64,000 bases of DNA from the NCBI GenBank assembly GCA_024137785.1, contig JAHRHZ010000035.1:13615010-13679009 (forward strand), written 5' to 3'. Position 1 is the first letter of the stretch, and every line of letters begins with the position of its first letter. The position numbers were made by a program, and so were the translations under genes. The notes beneath the pieces are model-generated. The model was given only the letters and a program-made list of their open reading frames with translations. It made no database searches and was not told the origin of the DNA. Positions 38,571 through 50,660 of this stretch are shown in pieces. This DNA is from Ginglymostoma cirratum (Eukaryota).

Positions 38571-40071
38571 GCTAGGCTGTGGTTATAAAAGGGGAGCCTC
38601 AGGCTATCTTAAATTGCACTTTAAGTTTGGAAAGTACAAGAATCACAGTAAGGGACCAGATTTGTGACATGCCTCACTACAATGGAGAAATAAAATAAAG
38701 AAAAATGTAATTCCTAATAATTTTGAATCTTTTCTTTTGCATGTGAGTCTTTAAACATTCTTCAGTTTGTATTTACTGAAGGTACTCCGCTCTTAGCATT
38801 GAGGCTAGAGCAGACCTTTCATTTTCATCAGAACAGACACAGGAAATGGTGGGAAAAAGAGGTACCAAAAAGGCAGCAATCACTTTATGGTATACATAAT
38901 GGTGCTTTGTTTTTGTCTCTTCTTCTGGAGATAGGTTTGTGATTTTAAAAGGTGGATGACCATCTTATCTTGGTGGACCTCAAGCTGACACCTGCACTAA
39001 ATTATTATCCAACTGGCTGCTTCCAAGGACCCACTGGGGACTTATGTAGAATCTTGCATTCTCAGCCCACAAATGAATCAAGGCCACTACTGATGTAATT
39101 TGTGACAGATTTACATCATTTCATCTCATTTCTCCATGAGAGGTTCAATGCTGCAGATTGGGCAGTAGGCATTGCTTACATAACTGACTTCCCTAGCGTA
39201 GGGTGCTTTAGACCAGTCATGGATTGCTTTAGATCACCATAGCAGAGCTTACTTCATCGACAGAATAGCTTTCCACTCTGTCAATGTACAACCCATCTGT
39301 GATCACTTGTTCCACATCTTAAACATCTGAACCAAGCATCCTTGAAGTGGTCATGATGCCTGTATTCATGAGAACTTTCATGTTCTTGCTTCAGTTCAAA
39401 GACTAGATGCGTTTTACAAAAATGGCTGCTGGGAAAATAGGTGGTTATCATTCATAGACTGTAATTTTGTTGCTATTCAAAAGACAAGCGGTTTGTTCTT
39501 AGAAGCATATGCAGCTTTTTTTCTTGTCTATTCACTTTTCATGTTGTTTGATACAAGCTATCAACAGTTGTTTATAGGCTTTCCAACATATGATGCTCCC
39601 ACATCCAATAATATCAAGATGTCATGCTCCAGCAGACATTTAAGAATGATTTGCAATACTTCAGACAGAGTTCCAACGCAGTATGGCACCAAGGACAGGT
39701 AGTTTGTTTGGCTTAATTCTTATTAATGCCCTTGCTATGACAGCAATAACTTAGTGAGTGTGATATTCTATTTCCTGTATCACCCATGTGCTCTCAGAAG
39801 CTTTTCTTTTTAATTTTCTCCCATTCTGTGTACTGTGAAGGTTTATACTTGGCTGAGAGCATTTGACCTGGTGAAGAGCTGGGCTTTGAATATTGTTCAA
39901 TGTTGCCAATTCCCGAAGGTACTGGCAATGATAGGCCATTCTGCCATTGGTGTGCACTCGATAGCAAGGACATGGTGCAGTAGGCGCTTGGTGCTTGCGT
40001 AATGAGGTGAGAAAGGCAGAACTGTGAGAGATAACTTGCTAGAGTTTACAGGAGGGAAAACCACCATGTTA

Positions 40072-40198
40072 CTGATGAAGGGTTTAGGCCCGAAACTTCA
40101 AGTTTTCCTGCTCCTATGATGCTGCTTGACCTGCTGTGTTCATCCAGCCCCACACCTTGTTATCTCAGATTCCCCAGCATCTGCAGTACCTTTTATCT
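40072..40198 (+). mobile_element. ~127-bp PLE family 1 mini-insertion starting at a hammerhead core
   Basis: CTGATGA-A-GGG(TTTAGG)CCC-GAAA-CTTC followed by the PLE tail; direct repeat ATGTTA(CT) at 40066 and 40199. Confidence 0.82.
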
Positions 40199-40984
40199 AT
40201 GTTACTCCCTGTAACTGACACTTAGCTAATTTCTTGAAAAATTTAGCCCAACAACATGTTGATGTGAATTAAACAAAAAAATTAGCACATGTGATCAATG
40301 CTGTGAAATATTTTTACTTTTGTAATGAATAAGGATACAAGTGAGAAGACCACTCATGCTATAATAGGCAATGATAAATATGCATGTATACATAGCCTGA
40401 CAGATAAGTTTCTGTCAGAATACAGGATAAATGTTAGCATGGGTAAATGAATACAATGCAAGACTATGCAATGTATATACAAAGAATATTCTGAAAATAT
40501 TTGGATCCAAAGAGTGGGTAAAATAACTCTTTGGCACAAGTAAGCTTGAACTGTTATATTTTTACCAGTTCCATCAATTTAAAGAATCATTTCTTGGAAT
40601 TGTGTAAGTTTAATGAAATGATTATGTTTGTGTGACTAAAAGAGAAGTTGGAGTACAAGTTAAGTTTAGCACCAATGAAATTAGCAACTTCTCTTTCTTT
40701 CAATGTCATGCAAATATTTGAAGCCTCTGCCTAAACCACGAATGATATCATAAACAAGGCAATATTCAACACCTTCTTTCATTTACTGACACGTTTTGAC
40801 AAGGCAGGCTTTCAATGTTTCACAGCAGAACAGGAACCTAGATGAATCACTTTGATATTGCTCATTATCCACTAGATTATCAGTGAAGAATGTTCATATC
40901 AAACAATGAACACCGATACAAATTTTTGTACTTAATTCTCTGTAACAGAGCCACACTTTAAGTTAATGGATCCACAACGTATGG

Positions 40985-41175
40985 GAAACAAAAAAAGATT
41001 TCTAGAAAAGCTCAGGAGGTCTGGAAGCATCTGTGGAGAGAAATCAGAGTTAACGTTTTGAGTCCGATGATCCTTCCCCAGAACCCTCTGCACAGATGCT
41101 GCCAGGCCTGCTGAGCTTTTCCAACCATTTCTGATTGTTTCTGATTTACAGAGCCTGCAGTTCTTTCAGTTTTTA
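40985..41175. mobile_element. Palindromic PLE family 2 mini-element (two inverted ends)
   Basis: Arms 41005-41040 and 41086-41121 are reverse complements (32/36); a decayed minus-strand hammerhead lies at 41046-41087. Confidence 0.8.
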
Positions 41176-42034
41176 AAACTTATGGGAAGTTGGGTTGTGA
41201 GTTCAGGATCATCCACTTAATGTTACCAGCTACAGTCAAAATTGCCTCAAAAGAACTGACCCTCCAATTAAATTTCTGCAGTGAAGGGGAAATAGGCTAG
41301 TGTCAGAATCCACAGATGAAAATAACAAAAAACACAGAATCACTGTAAACTCAGTACATTGTTGTCATCTGACCCTTTGACATCGTCCCCATCCTGCAAT
41401 CAACTGACCATCATAGATGCTTCTTGAAGTCAGTATTTCTATAAACAGATCCAGTTCTGATTTGCAGGCTAGGCAGCAACCTCTGCCTTACAAAGGGGCC
41501 ACTTTGTTTGCCCCCTCCCACTAAAACAAAACTTGAATTGAAGCTATTGTTCCCAATTATGGAAAGAGCTGACTCTGTCATTTTGAGCACCCAATGCCAC
41601 CTGCATGTTTTAAACAGGGAACATATAACTATCTTTGCCTTTTTATTCCCACTTCATCACAATCAGCCTGAATTCATTTTTTGCCTTTAACTGAGCTTGA
41701 AATACACACTAAAAATATGAATGAAGATTTCAGATGTTGTGGCGGTGTACTATTATATGGAAAGTTAGTCTAAGAGTTAGCACTTTAAACATTAAGCACC
41801 TGTGTCTAGACGTATCCCATATACTTGTTTGTCCCCAAGGATTTAATTTTCAGAATAAGGAAGGGGATAAAATATCTCAAACATATTACAGTACAGCTAA
41901 CAAATCAACATTGCAATTAAATTATAACACCAGAGCTACAGTAAATCTGAAGGAAAATGCAGCATTTCTAAGTAAGTACCTTGCTGCTGTGTAAAAGTTA
42001 ATCACCTTAAGATGAAGCAAATCTTGGTTTCCTA

Positions 42035-42178
42035 ATAAAAAACTGAAAGAACTGCAGATGCTGTAAATGAGGAACAAAAACAAAGTTGCTGGGAAAGCTC
42101 AGCAGGTCTGACAGCATCGTGAAGAAAATAAAATGTTTTTTCTGCAGATGCTGCCAGACCTGCTGAGCTTGGTTTCCT
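42035..42178. mobile_element. Palindromic PLE family 2 mini-element
   Basis: Arms 42095-42118 and 42147-42170 are reverse complements (23/24). Confidence 0.78.
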
Positions 42179-42194
42179 GATGCCCTAGTTAGTA

Positions 42195-42552
42195 TTTTTA
42201 AAAATTTATTCATAGGATGTCAGCATCACTGGCCAGACCATCAGTTATTGCCCATCCCTTATTCCCTAGAGGGCATTTGAAAGTCACCCCCATTGCTGTG
42301 GGTCTGGAGTCATGTGTAGTCCAGACCAGGTAAGGACAGCAGCTTTCTTACCGAAAAGGAATTAATGAACCTGGTGGGCTTTTCCCAACAATCAACAACA
42401 CTTTTACAGTCATCATTAGACTCTTAATTCCAGATTTTCTTTTAATTGGCTTCAAATTCCACCATAAGCTATGGCAGAATTCGAACTCAAGCCCCGAGAA
42501 TATTACTTGGGTCACTAGGTTAATAGTCCAGCAATAATACCTCTAGACCATC
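42195..42552 (-). mobile_element. tRNA-derived SINE (same family as 12215-12504 + 15444-15560)
   Basis: TTATTGCCCATCCCT..CATTGCTGTGGGTCTGGAGTCA..AATTCGAACTC (B box on minus strand). Confidence 0.8.
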
Positions 42553-44699
42553 TACAGCACAATACGGTTGGGAACACAAACAGGTGAAGTGGCAGTTTTA
42601 GGTCAGATCTGTAGCCTCATCTCTTCATCACTGGCACTGCAAGGATTGGAATGTCTACCAGTGCCAATGGATGAGGAAAGGAAGAAGAATTAGCCAGTGT
42701 TCCGACTGTGATTTCTGTCCTGTGGCACATTGAAAAGAATGTGGGTTGGAGTTTCTAATTCCTGCACATGACACATTTGGAGTGGTGAGAAAGTTCAGGC
42801 ACACGGAGCAGTGTCTGTCAGGAGCAGGCACTCTTTTCCACCTAATCTTCCAGTCAACGCTCCCAGGTACTTCAATTGATTAATCTGCAGAAACTAGAAA
42901 AACTACAACTGTCTGTGGAAATGTTGGATGAGGGTAGGGTTGAAAATCCTTTGCAGCATTACAAAACATATTAATGGCCCAGATTTTGCAGTCTATTAAA
43001 TGCACCATACATTAATCCTACATTCATGTTTAGGATTCTGTAATGGCTCAACATTTAATCAAATAATTGTTTAAGCTGTCATTTTGACAAATTTTACCCC
43101 ATTTTGGTTGGAACAGATTTAATGAACAACTGGGGAAGCTTCCTCATCATCTAGCAAGGTGCTCCAAACATCAGTCAATTGTACTGGTGAATTGAGACTG
43201 TTTGAAGAGGTTTATTGCTAGAAAAGAGAAATTGTGATGGGCTGGATTTTGTTTCGTCATTCCTACTCTCAAGTTTGTGTTTCACGAACTTGCTTTTGGG
43301 AAAGATCAAGCTCAGGTAGTATATTGATTCAGGTTAGTCAAGATCTACCAAAGAGAACCATCCAAATATTTTTCAACCCTTACTGGTGAGACTGTCAATG
43401 CGTTAGTTTTGACAGAGAGTGAAGGATAACTCATCTGACCAGCTGTACCACATCTAAATGAACGGAGAATTGTCTCTCTGAGCGACTTGTAAGTATTAAA
43501 TACAAACTGTAATTTTCAAAATTCAATGCTAGATTTTTAGGCCCATAGCAGTAATGATTTTTTTTAAAATTTGCTTTCATCTTGACACACAGCCTGTCGA
43601 GAAATGATCTAATAAAATTGAATTAAAGCATGTTGATTCATACAAGGCTTTTAAATTAACAGGCGGCTGTTTTTATACTTGGCATTAATATGCTTGTCAA
43701 GCTGGTCACAATCTATTGCCATGTTTCTGCGCAATTTGAAGAAACGAAAGATGCGACAAAAAAACTTTGCAAATATGATGACGTACCGAGTTGATACTAA
43801 AAAAGACACTGTCTCATGAGGAATGTTTTAATTGGTTCATCTTCCGTAGTGTTGCAATTGCTATTGTCATTAATGTCCAGGAGATCATTTATCTTTGGAT
43901 GAATCAGAATTTTTGTAATACCATGATTACATTTAGAGACTGACATTGGCAGTACTTTTATAAGATGATTGAACTCAAAACTACCACTGTGACACAAACC
44001 TCAGATTGATTGTCAGATCAATATTTTGAGGGCTTCCAGATTCTAACAAGTAAAAAGTTTAAAAATCTAATTCTACAGCACCACTGCTGAAGTCAGATAA
44101 AGCAACAAAGCTATTCTGTTGTCAGTTTGCATTCTATTACAAACAGCGCACAATGCAAGACAGCATAAGTAGACACGATCTTTTAACATGCATTCACAAC
44201 TGCATATGAGAATATGACAGCCAAAACGAATTCAATTCCTACAATTTACACCGTCCATGCTTATCATGGACAGCCATTTGTCACCATTATGTCCAACATA
44301 AAGGTATTTCTTAAATGGCATTAATCATATCAGCTATTTCTTACAAATCCGTACTTATAAATTTCATTAATAGTTTCACTAAACTGAAGCTAGACTGGGT
44401 TTACAAGCAATTGCAATCAAGTGGTCAAACAGTTAGAATGAGGGGAAGTAATTCATTCTTTCAGTCAATTACAGTTCCAATGGAGTTAGTAGGCAAATCA
44501 TGTCAGAACAAATGTGCATGTCATGTTCATTGTGTATCACAATAGAATTAAACGCTGGAAATAAAACCCAAAACTTTGTTATGAAGTTTATAGCCTAGAA
44601 ATTACATCTAGAGGCATCAATAGATGACTTCTTTGAAAGGAGACAAAGAAATGTTAGCCTGTACAAGATATGGATGGATTCGGATAAGGCATAGAAAGA

Positions 44700-44975
44700 A
44701 AAAAAATGTTCTTGTTAACTGTACAAGACTAAAGGATACAAGTTTAAAGTTTTAGGCAATAGATACAGGGAAAATGTGATTTTTTTGTGCAGTCTGTAGG
44801 AATGATCTGGAAATTAATGTTCATGAAGGCTCTGCAGGCAGAAACAATGATTTCTCAAGGAAATTTGAAAGAAATAAGCCTGGAGGTGGAGGTGTAGGAC
44901 TGACTGGATTGCTTCATGAGGAGTTGCCATGGATTTGATCGGAAGAATGGATCCCTTCTGTGCTCAAAATGATTA
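44700..44975 (+). mobile_element. Old CR1 3' fragment
   Basis: ..CAAGACTAAAGGATACAAGTTTAAAG..GATCTGGAA..; tail GAATGGATCCCTTCTGTGCT. Confidence 0.55.
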
Positions 44976-45811
44976 TACCCTGTAAAGTTAGGTGGGTGAA
45001 TGCATCAAGCATTTTTTTTTCACTTCCATCACCAACAATAATTGTGGGCTTATATTTTTAATTGAAAATTGAACAAGTGTAGTTTGGTTGTATTTGGATC
45101 TATTTTCATGCTTGTGATTTGTTTAATTAAGTGATGATCTGAATCATGTGCATCACTTAACTTGAAAAAAAAAGTCTAGTGGAAAAATATGCAAATCCCA
45201 GCCGTTGAGGGTGAAACAAGTTTACACCACCATTCAAATTAGATTTATCATAAGTCATTTCCAATTTTTCATCACACTTGATCTTCATTCCGTTGAAATT
45301 GATAGTGACAGTTAAAATCTTTACCTTGAGACTCATTTCCCAGTCTTCTTGCCATAGTTTGCTTTATTTGAATTCCAAATCTTTATAATGTCTTCCCAAC
45401 TCAATAGAAAATAAAAACTGATTTGGTGATAAAATCTAATGCAAATATATTATGAGATATTACAAATTGCTGCTGTGCATCAATTTCAACCCATTGACAT
45501 TTGACTATCAGAACAGAATCACATGATATTTGGAAGTGTTATAAATGTTTAGCAGCAGTACAAAGGTTAAAGTCTATACTATAAAGTCAGGATTTCTTTT
45601 ATTAATTGAAATAGATGGTAGAAAGCACTTACTTATGTTAGAAAATCATTAATATTCTTTGAGAGACAAAGATAGAAGTAAATTGTCAACCTAACCACTT
45701 AAGCATGCAATTAAGAATATTAGTTATATTGTAAAAGTAGTATAATGCTCAAAATTACCAAAGAAGACAGAGTTACATTTTATTTTTGCCAATTAATCTG
45801 GAAGAGTATGA

Positions 45812-45973
45812 TCAGAGATAGATAGGTTCTTGATTGTCAAGGGAATCAAAGGTTATGGGGAGAAAGTGGGAGAATGGGGTTGAGAAGCTTATTAGCCATG
45901 ATTGAATGGTGGAGCAGACTTGATGGGCTGAATGGCCTACTTTCTGCTCCTGTGTCTTATGGACGTACGGTCT
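45812..45973 (+). mobile_element. CR1 3' UTR/tail fragment
   Basis: Closely matches 5915-6070 (GATAGGTTCTTGATT..AAGGTTATGGGGAGAA..GCAGACTTGATGGGCTGAATGGCCTACT). Confidence 0.85.
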
Positions 45974-46224
45974 AATTGAAAGAATCATTATAAAAATCTC
46001 AGGAAACCCAAAATGATTTGTGCCCATTTTTGAGGTGCTTAATATTATTTTATAAGTATTGCGATCCCAGCTGATGTTAGCACTGGAAAAGTCAGATTCC
46101 AGTGTGAAACCTGGCTTGTCAGATCCAACAAAGGGACTATGAGATCAGCTATGATTCCACTGAATGGTGGAGTGGACTCAAATGGCCTTCTTCTGCTCCA
46201 ATGAGATATAGTTTGTCCAATTGT

Positions 46225-46410
46225 CTTGGACAATATTATGCTTCATGCAACATCACTAAAAAAATTATCCAATTATTTACCATTGATGTTTGTGGGACAA
46301 TACAGTCATTTTTCTTGCATACGCTTCAAAAACGACTTAATTGACAGTAAAGCACCTTGGAACAACCTGGGACTGTGAAAGGGTATGACAGACCTTTGCT
46401 TCTTTTCTTC
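46225..46410 (+). mobile_element. Deu-domain SINE 3' remnant
   Basis: CAACATCACTAAAA..TGTTTGTGGGA..CTTCAAAACGACTTAATTGACAGTAAAGCAC..GTGAAAGG. Confidence 0.5.
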
Positions 46411-49400
46411 ACACTGTTTCTTTCTTTCCAACATTAGCTTAAACTTTGTCTCTTATTTGTTTGAATCTCTCACTGTGTAATTTACTGTACTGTTATAGAC
46501 TTTACATATTCTAAACTGTTTATTCACTTTCTTTTCTCTAAAATAACTGCTCAATTGCCTCTATTCAAGCTAAGGGTTCGTTTTTCTAGTTGTCATAACT
46601 CATCTTTTGACACGAGTGAACAGACTGCTTTGTCCTTTTCCTTGTCGCTTCCAGAACTTAGCTGCCTCTTTGGTTTCTCAATAACCAAAATTGGACACAG
46701 TACTCATGCTACGATCAATGTGCTTCCTTTGATTCTATGGCTACTCTCTTGGTTCTAGAAGTTAGCGTTCTGAAGATCTTTGTTTTGAGTGTTGTACAGT
46801 GATTGGGAATGCTGAGTGTGAAATCAGCTAAAACACTTGGATTGTGAGTTACCAGTATTATGGGGCAGATGCCAGATCCCAATTTCTGAATGGTCTCTAT
46901 CTGATTATTATAATGGCAAATGCTTGAATCTAGCCTCAAACAAAAATTTGCAAAGGTTAGTCACAGTCGAAGGAATCTACAGCACAGATAAAAGGTGACC
47001 AGCTTGGCCTGCGATAGTCAAAAACTCTTCTCTAAGGAAAACAAGCACATTTTGCCCAATCTCTCTTCATAAATGGAAACTCTCCAGCTCAGGAAACAAC
47101 CTGGTAAAACTCCTCAGCATCCGTCCCCTCATGGAGGAGGACAGAGCCTACAGATCTTAACCCTTGACAGGCTACAGTGTATGTTTCATTTATTATGAAA
47201 CATTAACCTGTGGCTTGAAACACCACACAACATAAATTGATTATTCCCCTGCATAATTCTGTCTTTGAAAGATTTTCTGTTGATAGCATCTATCAGATAT
47301 CATTCCTTTTATTTTAAATTCTGTAATTGTGAGTATGCTCCATTTCTGATTTGCCATAAATAGATTGTTCACAATGGATGGGTTAAAACAAAAAATCATA
47401 CTTTACTCATTGGTATCTGAACTTTCTTGAGTCTAATCTTATTTCTGTACTGTTGCTTAGTGCACAATGTTTTTATAATCACCTCAAGAAAGAGCAGCAA
47501 CCTTTTGAAAGAAATTCAAACTTTTAGCTATTTACAGAAAGAATTAAGCTGCAATCTTTCACACTTTAGACAAAAAAAGCTATACAAGAGATTGACAAAA
47601 CAAGTAACTCTAACTTAACGTTACATTTTTCATTAACACTTGGATTATAAGCTCAAATATTGTAACAGATAATAACCAAGAGTTTTTTTAGTTGTATGAT
47701 CTTGATGGTTTATCCTGGGACAAAATAAAAGTGTGTCACAGCCCTCTGGAATTCACTTTGATTTGCCGTGCTTTGATAGTGCTCTTGCAATTCTGAGATT
47801 TGAGATTTCCTGGGTCACATCTGCCAGCATCTAGCTAGGTGATGTTCCAACTCTCCGCTATCTAACCATTTCATAATTGCAGATACCCTAGCACAAACTT
47901 CAGCTTCACTGCTCCTTTGCCAGAGACTCCAAAAATCAGAAAACACTTTTGGCTTCTTATAGCTGTATTTGATGGGTATATGGCTTCCAGTAGTTTGAAG
48001 TTTTCGCCTTGCCTTGAAACTGCTTAGGCTGTAACAGACTGCTTGAGAAATGTGAGAGAGAGACTATTAAGTTACTCATATCAGATTTTGAAGGGGAGCG
48101 GGCAAAGATTTCCCCTCCTAAGGAAGCAGTGAGAAGATAATAGGAGGCATAAGTAATCAGGTGCATTGGTCTGCCCCTTTCTCACTAACTCAGAAATTTC
48201 ATTCAGGCAGGAAGGTCAAAGGTCAACATTCCTGCCCTATTAAGGCCTGTCAGTGGCCAATTAATAACCATTTAGGGGCTTCATCCTGTCGCAGCTAGGA
48301 TTACTTCAGTTCTAGCGAGAGCAAAAAGAGGCAGCCTATCTAACTGATTAACAACTGCAAGTGGCCTATCAATTTGAAAAGTAGGGCTGCAAATGTCTGG
48401 TCTACATTGATTTATGCAAGATTGAGGGACTGGACCCATGGAGGTCATGGAGTCATACGCATGTCCCTTGCTTCTGACCCCTTCGTTTCCTCCCCTGACC
48501 AGCAATTCCAGGAACCAACCCACCCCACCTCCCCAAAATCCCATTCCCCAAACATCACCCACATTTCTTGCCTCAGATCTTGGATCTGAAGGTCTGGGGT
48601 CTGGCATCCCAGGAGCAGCCACAGTCCTATGCCATGGTGCTGCCAAGTTCTGGACATGGCGGTCTCTCCGGGTGGATGGCACTTCCTACTCCAGCTTTGC
48701 GATTTCTGCAGAAAGACCTCTCACCCAAAGTCAATTAATGTACATTAACTACAGCCTGATTAATTACATTCTGTCTGCATTCCTGAAAAAGCCAGGCAGT
48801 GGGTTTCTCTCCACAACACTTTCCTGCTTTTGGACTTAGTCCTAAATCGGGAATATTCCACTTTGTAATTCATTTCCTCACCTTATAGTTAACCAAAATA
48901 TCAAACTCATGCTTCCTCAAACATAACTTTTGTCATTTTCTTCTTATAACTCTATATTTGTTTATTGTTAAAGGTCAAGATCTTGGAGTCAACCATTTTC
49001 AATTGTTGTAATACGATGTTCTACAGGATGTTCACATTCAAACAGTGACAGATCAATAAACAAGTGGGCAATCGAATGCTGGGTAAGTCCCTTGGGAATG
49101 GGTGGGTCTTAATACATGGCATTTACTACTCAGAAAAGTTAAGCAATCATACAACAAATAATTCTTCAAAGAGCAATTAACCTTCCATGTTATATAATAT
49201 CATTTGCATTAACTTTAAATAGTGCTGGATGAATATGGATAAGGAAGGCATTTTAAAAAACTGCTCATTCATCTCAAAAATTCAACACTTCTCTTTGAGA
49301 TGTGATTGAAGATAAACAAAGCTTCGTTCGATCTACGAAATGCTTTCCACTGTTTCTAATGGACCAAATCTTGCAAAGTTCTTTTCCATTCCAATGCAGG

Positions 49401-49782
49401 ATAAATAAAATGGGACATTTGGAATTTCTTGCAGCAAGTGGATTCTCATTCAATGCCTGTAAACTATGAGTAAGTCTTACCATAAAAGCATTTGCCCTTC
49501 ACAAATGCTGAATGAGTCATTGATATCCATTCATCACGCAGCTACAATTCACTCAGTCAAATTATTCCTTTACGTTTGTAGACAGGTGCTTGCTGGTGTA
49601 CTTTTGCATTACAGCTTCTGAAAAATGAGTTTAATTTAAATGTCAAATTAACAGTGCAACTTTATTAACCCACATTGGCTCTTAGGAAGTTTTTTTCCCA
49701 ATTCATCAATGAGAAACAATTTTCAAAACTACATGCTCAAGTTTCTGTAATTAATAATATTACATTCAGTATTAGCAACATT

Positions 49783-49900
49783 AAAAAAACTGAAAGAACT
49801 GTGGATGCTGTAAATCAGAAACAATTCTGAAATCAGAAATGTTCTCTTCACAGATGCTACCAGACCTGCTGAACTTTTCCAGCAACTTCTGTTTTTGTTA
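49783..49900. mobile_element. PLE family 2 inverted-end remnant
   Basis: AAAACTGAAAGAACTGTGGATGCTGTAAATCAG (as at 42040) joined to CACAGATGCTACCAGACCTGCTGAAC in the opposite orientation. Confidence 0.7.
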
Positions 49901-50494
49901 AAAAAAGACTTGCATGTGTTTGTCTCAGTATCTGCAATGATTCCATGATTATTTCCATCTGTCTACAGATCTTTGTCCATCTAGATCTGTGTTTGCTTCT
50001 GTCCCGGCCAATATTGGTCCCTCAACCAGCATCACTAAGAACTAGGTCGTTTGATCGGTGTTGTCGTATTTTCCAAGACGGCCATTGCGAGCAACTTGTG
50101 GTTTTTGCGACGTCTACCAAACAACATTCCCTCTAATTTTCCTATTGGCTGTTCAGGCCTCTGAGGCCAGTGAGCAGCAGTGCCATCCAGAACTGGAAGA
50201 TAATGCCATGTGCGGAACATTAGACCGGCTGTGTGTGATGTTGTGTCTAGCTATTGATTCATAGTAGAGGATACAACATTGCAGCACATCTACAGAGGAT
50301 GCACTGTCTGAGAAAAATAAACAGCTACATTTGGACAAGTGTACTTGCCAGGACCTTAGGGAGATGGTGCAGCTACATCTGCTCCTTCTGAAAGCTTAGG
50401 TAAAACCCCTGCTCTCAACCCACAGATTGTGTGTGACATCAGTAGAATGGGTGAAGGCGATGTAGTATGGACATTAACCCCCTCAAAACCATTA

Positions 50495-50660
50495 TGTTTT
50501 ACAACATTAAGTATTAATATTTTGTTTGCGTGTTCCTGCTGTGCCCAAAAAGTCTCTCACAATTTCTGCATTGTAACAGTAACTAAACCTCAAAAGTACA
50601 CCAGCTGCAGATGTCTTGAGAGTGTGAAAAGCATGATATAAATGCAAGCTTTCTTCCTTT
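50495..50660 (+). mobile_element. Deu-domain SINE 3' remnant
   Basis: ..TGCATTGTAACAGTAACT..CAAAAGTAC..GTGAAAAGCATGATATAAATGCAAGCTTTCTT tail. Confidence 0.55.
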
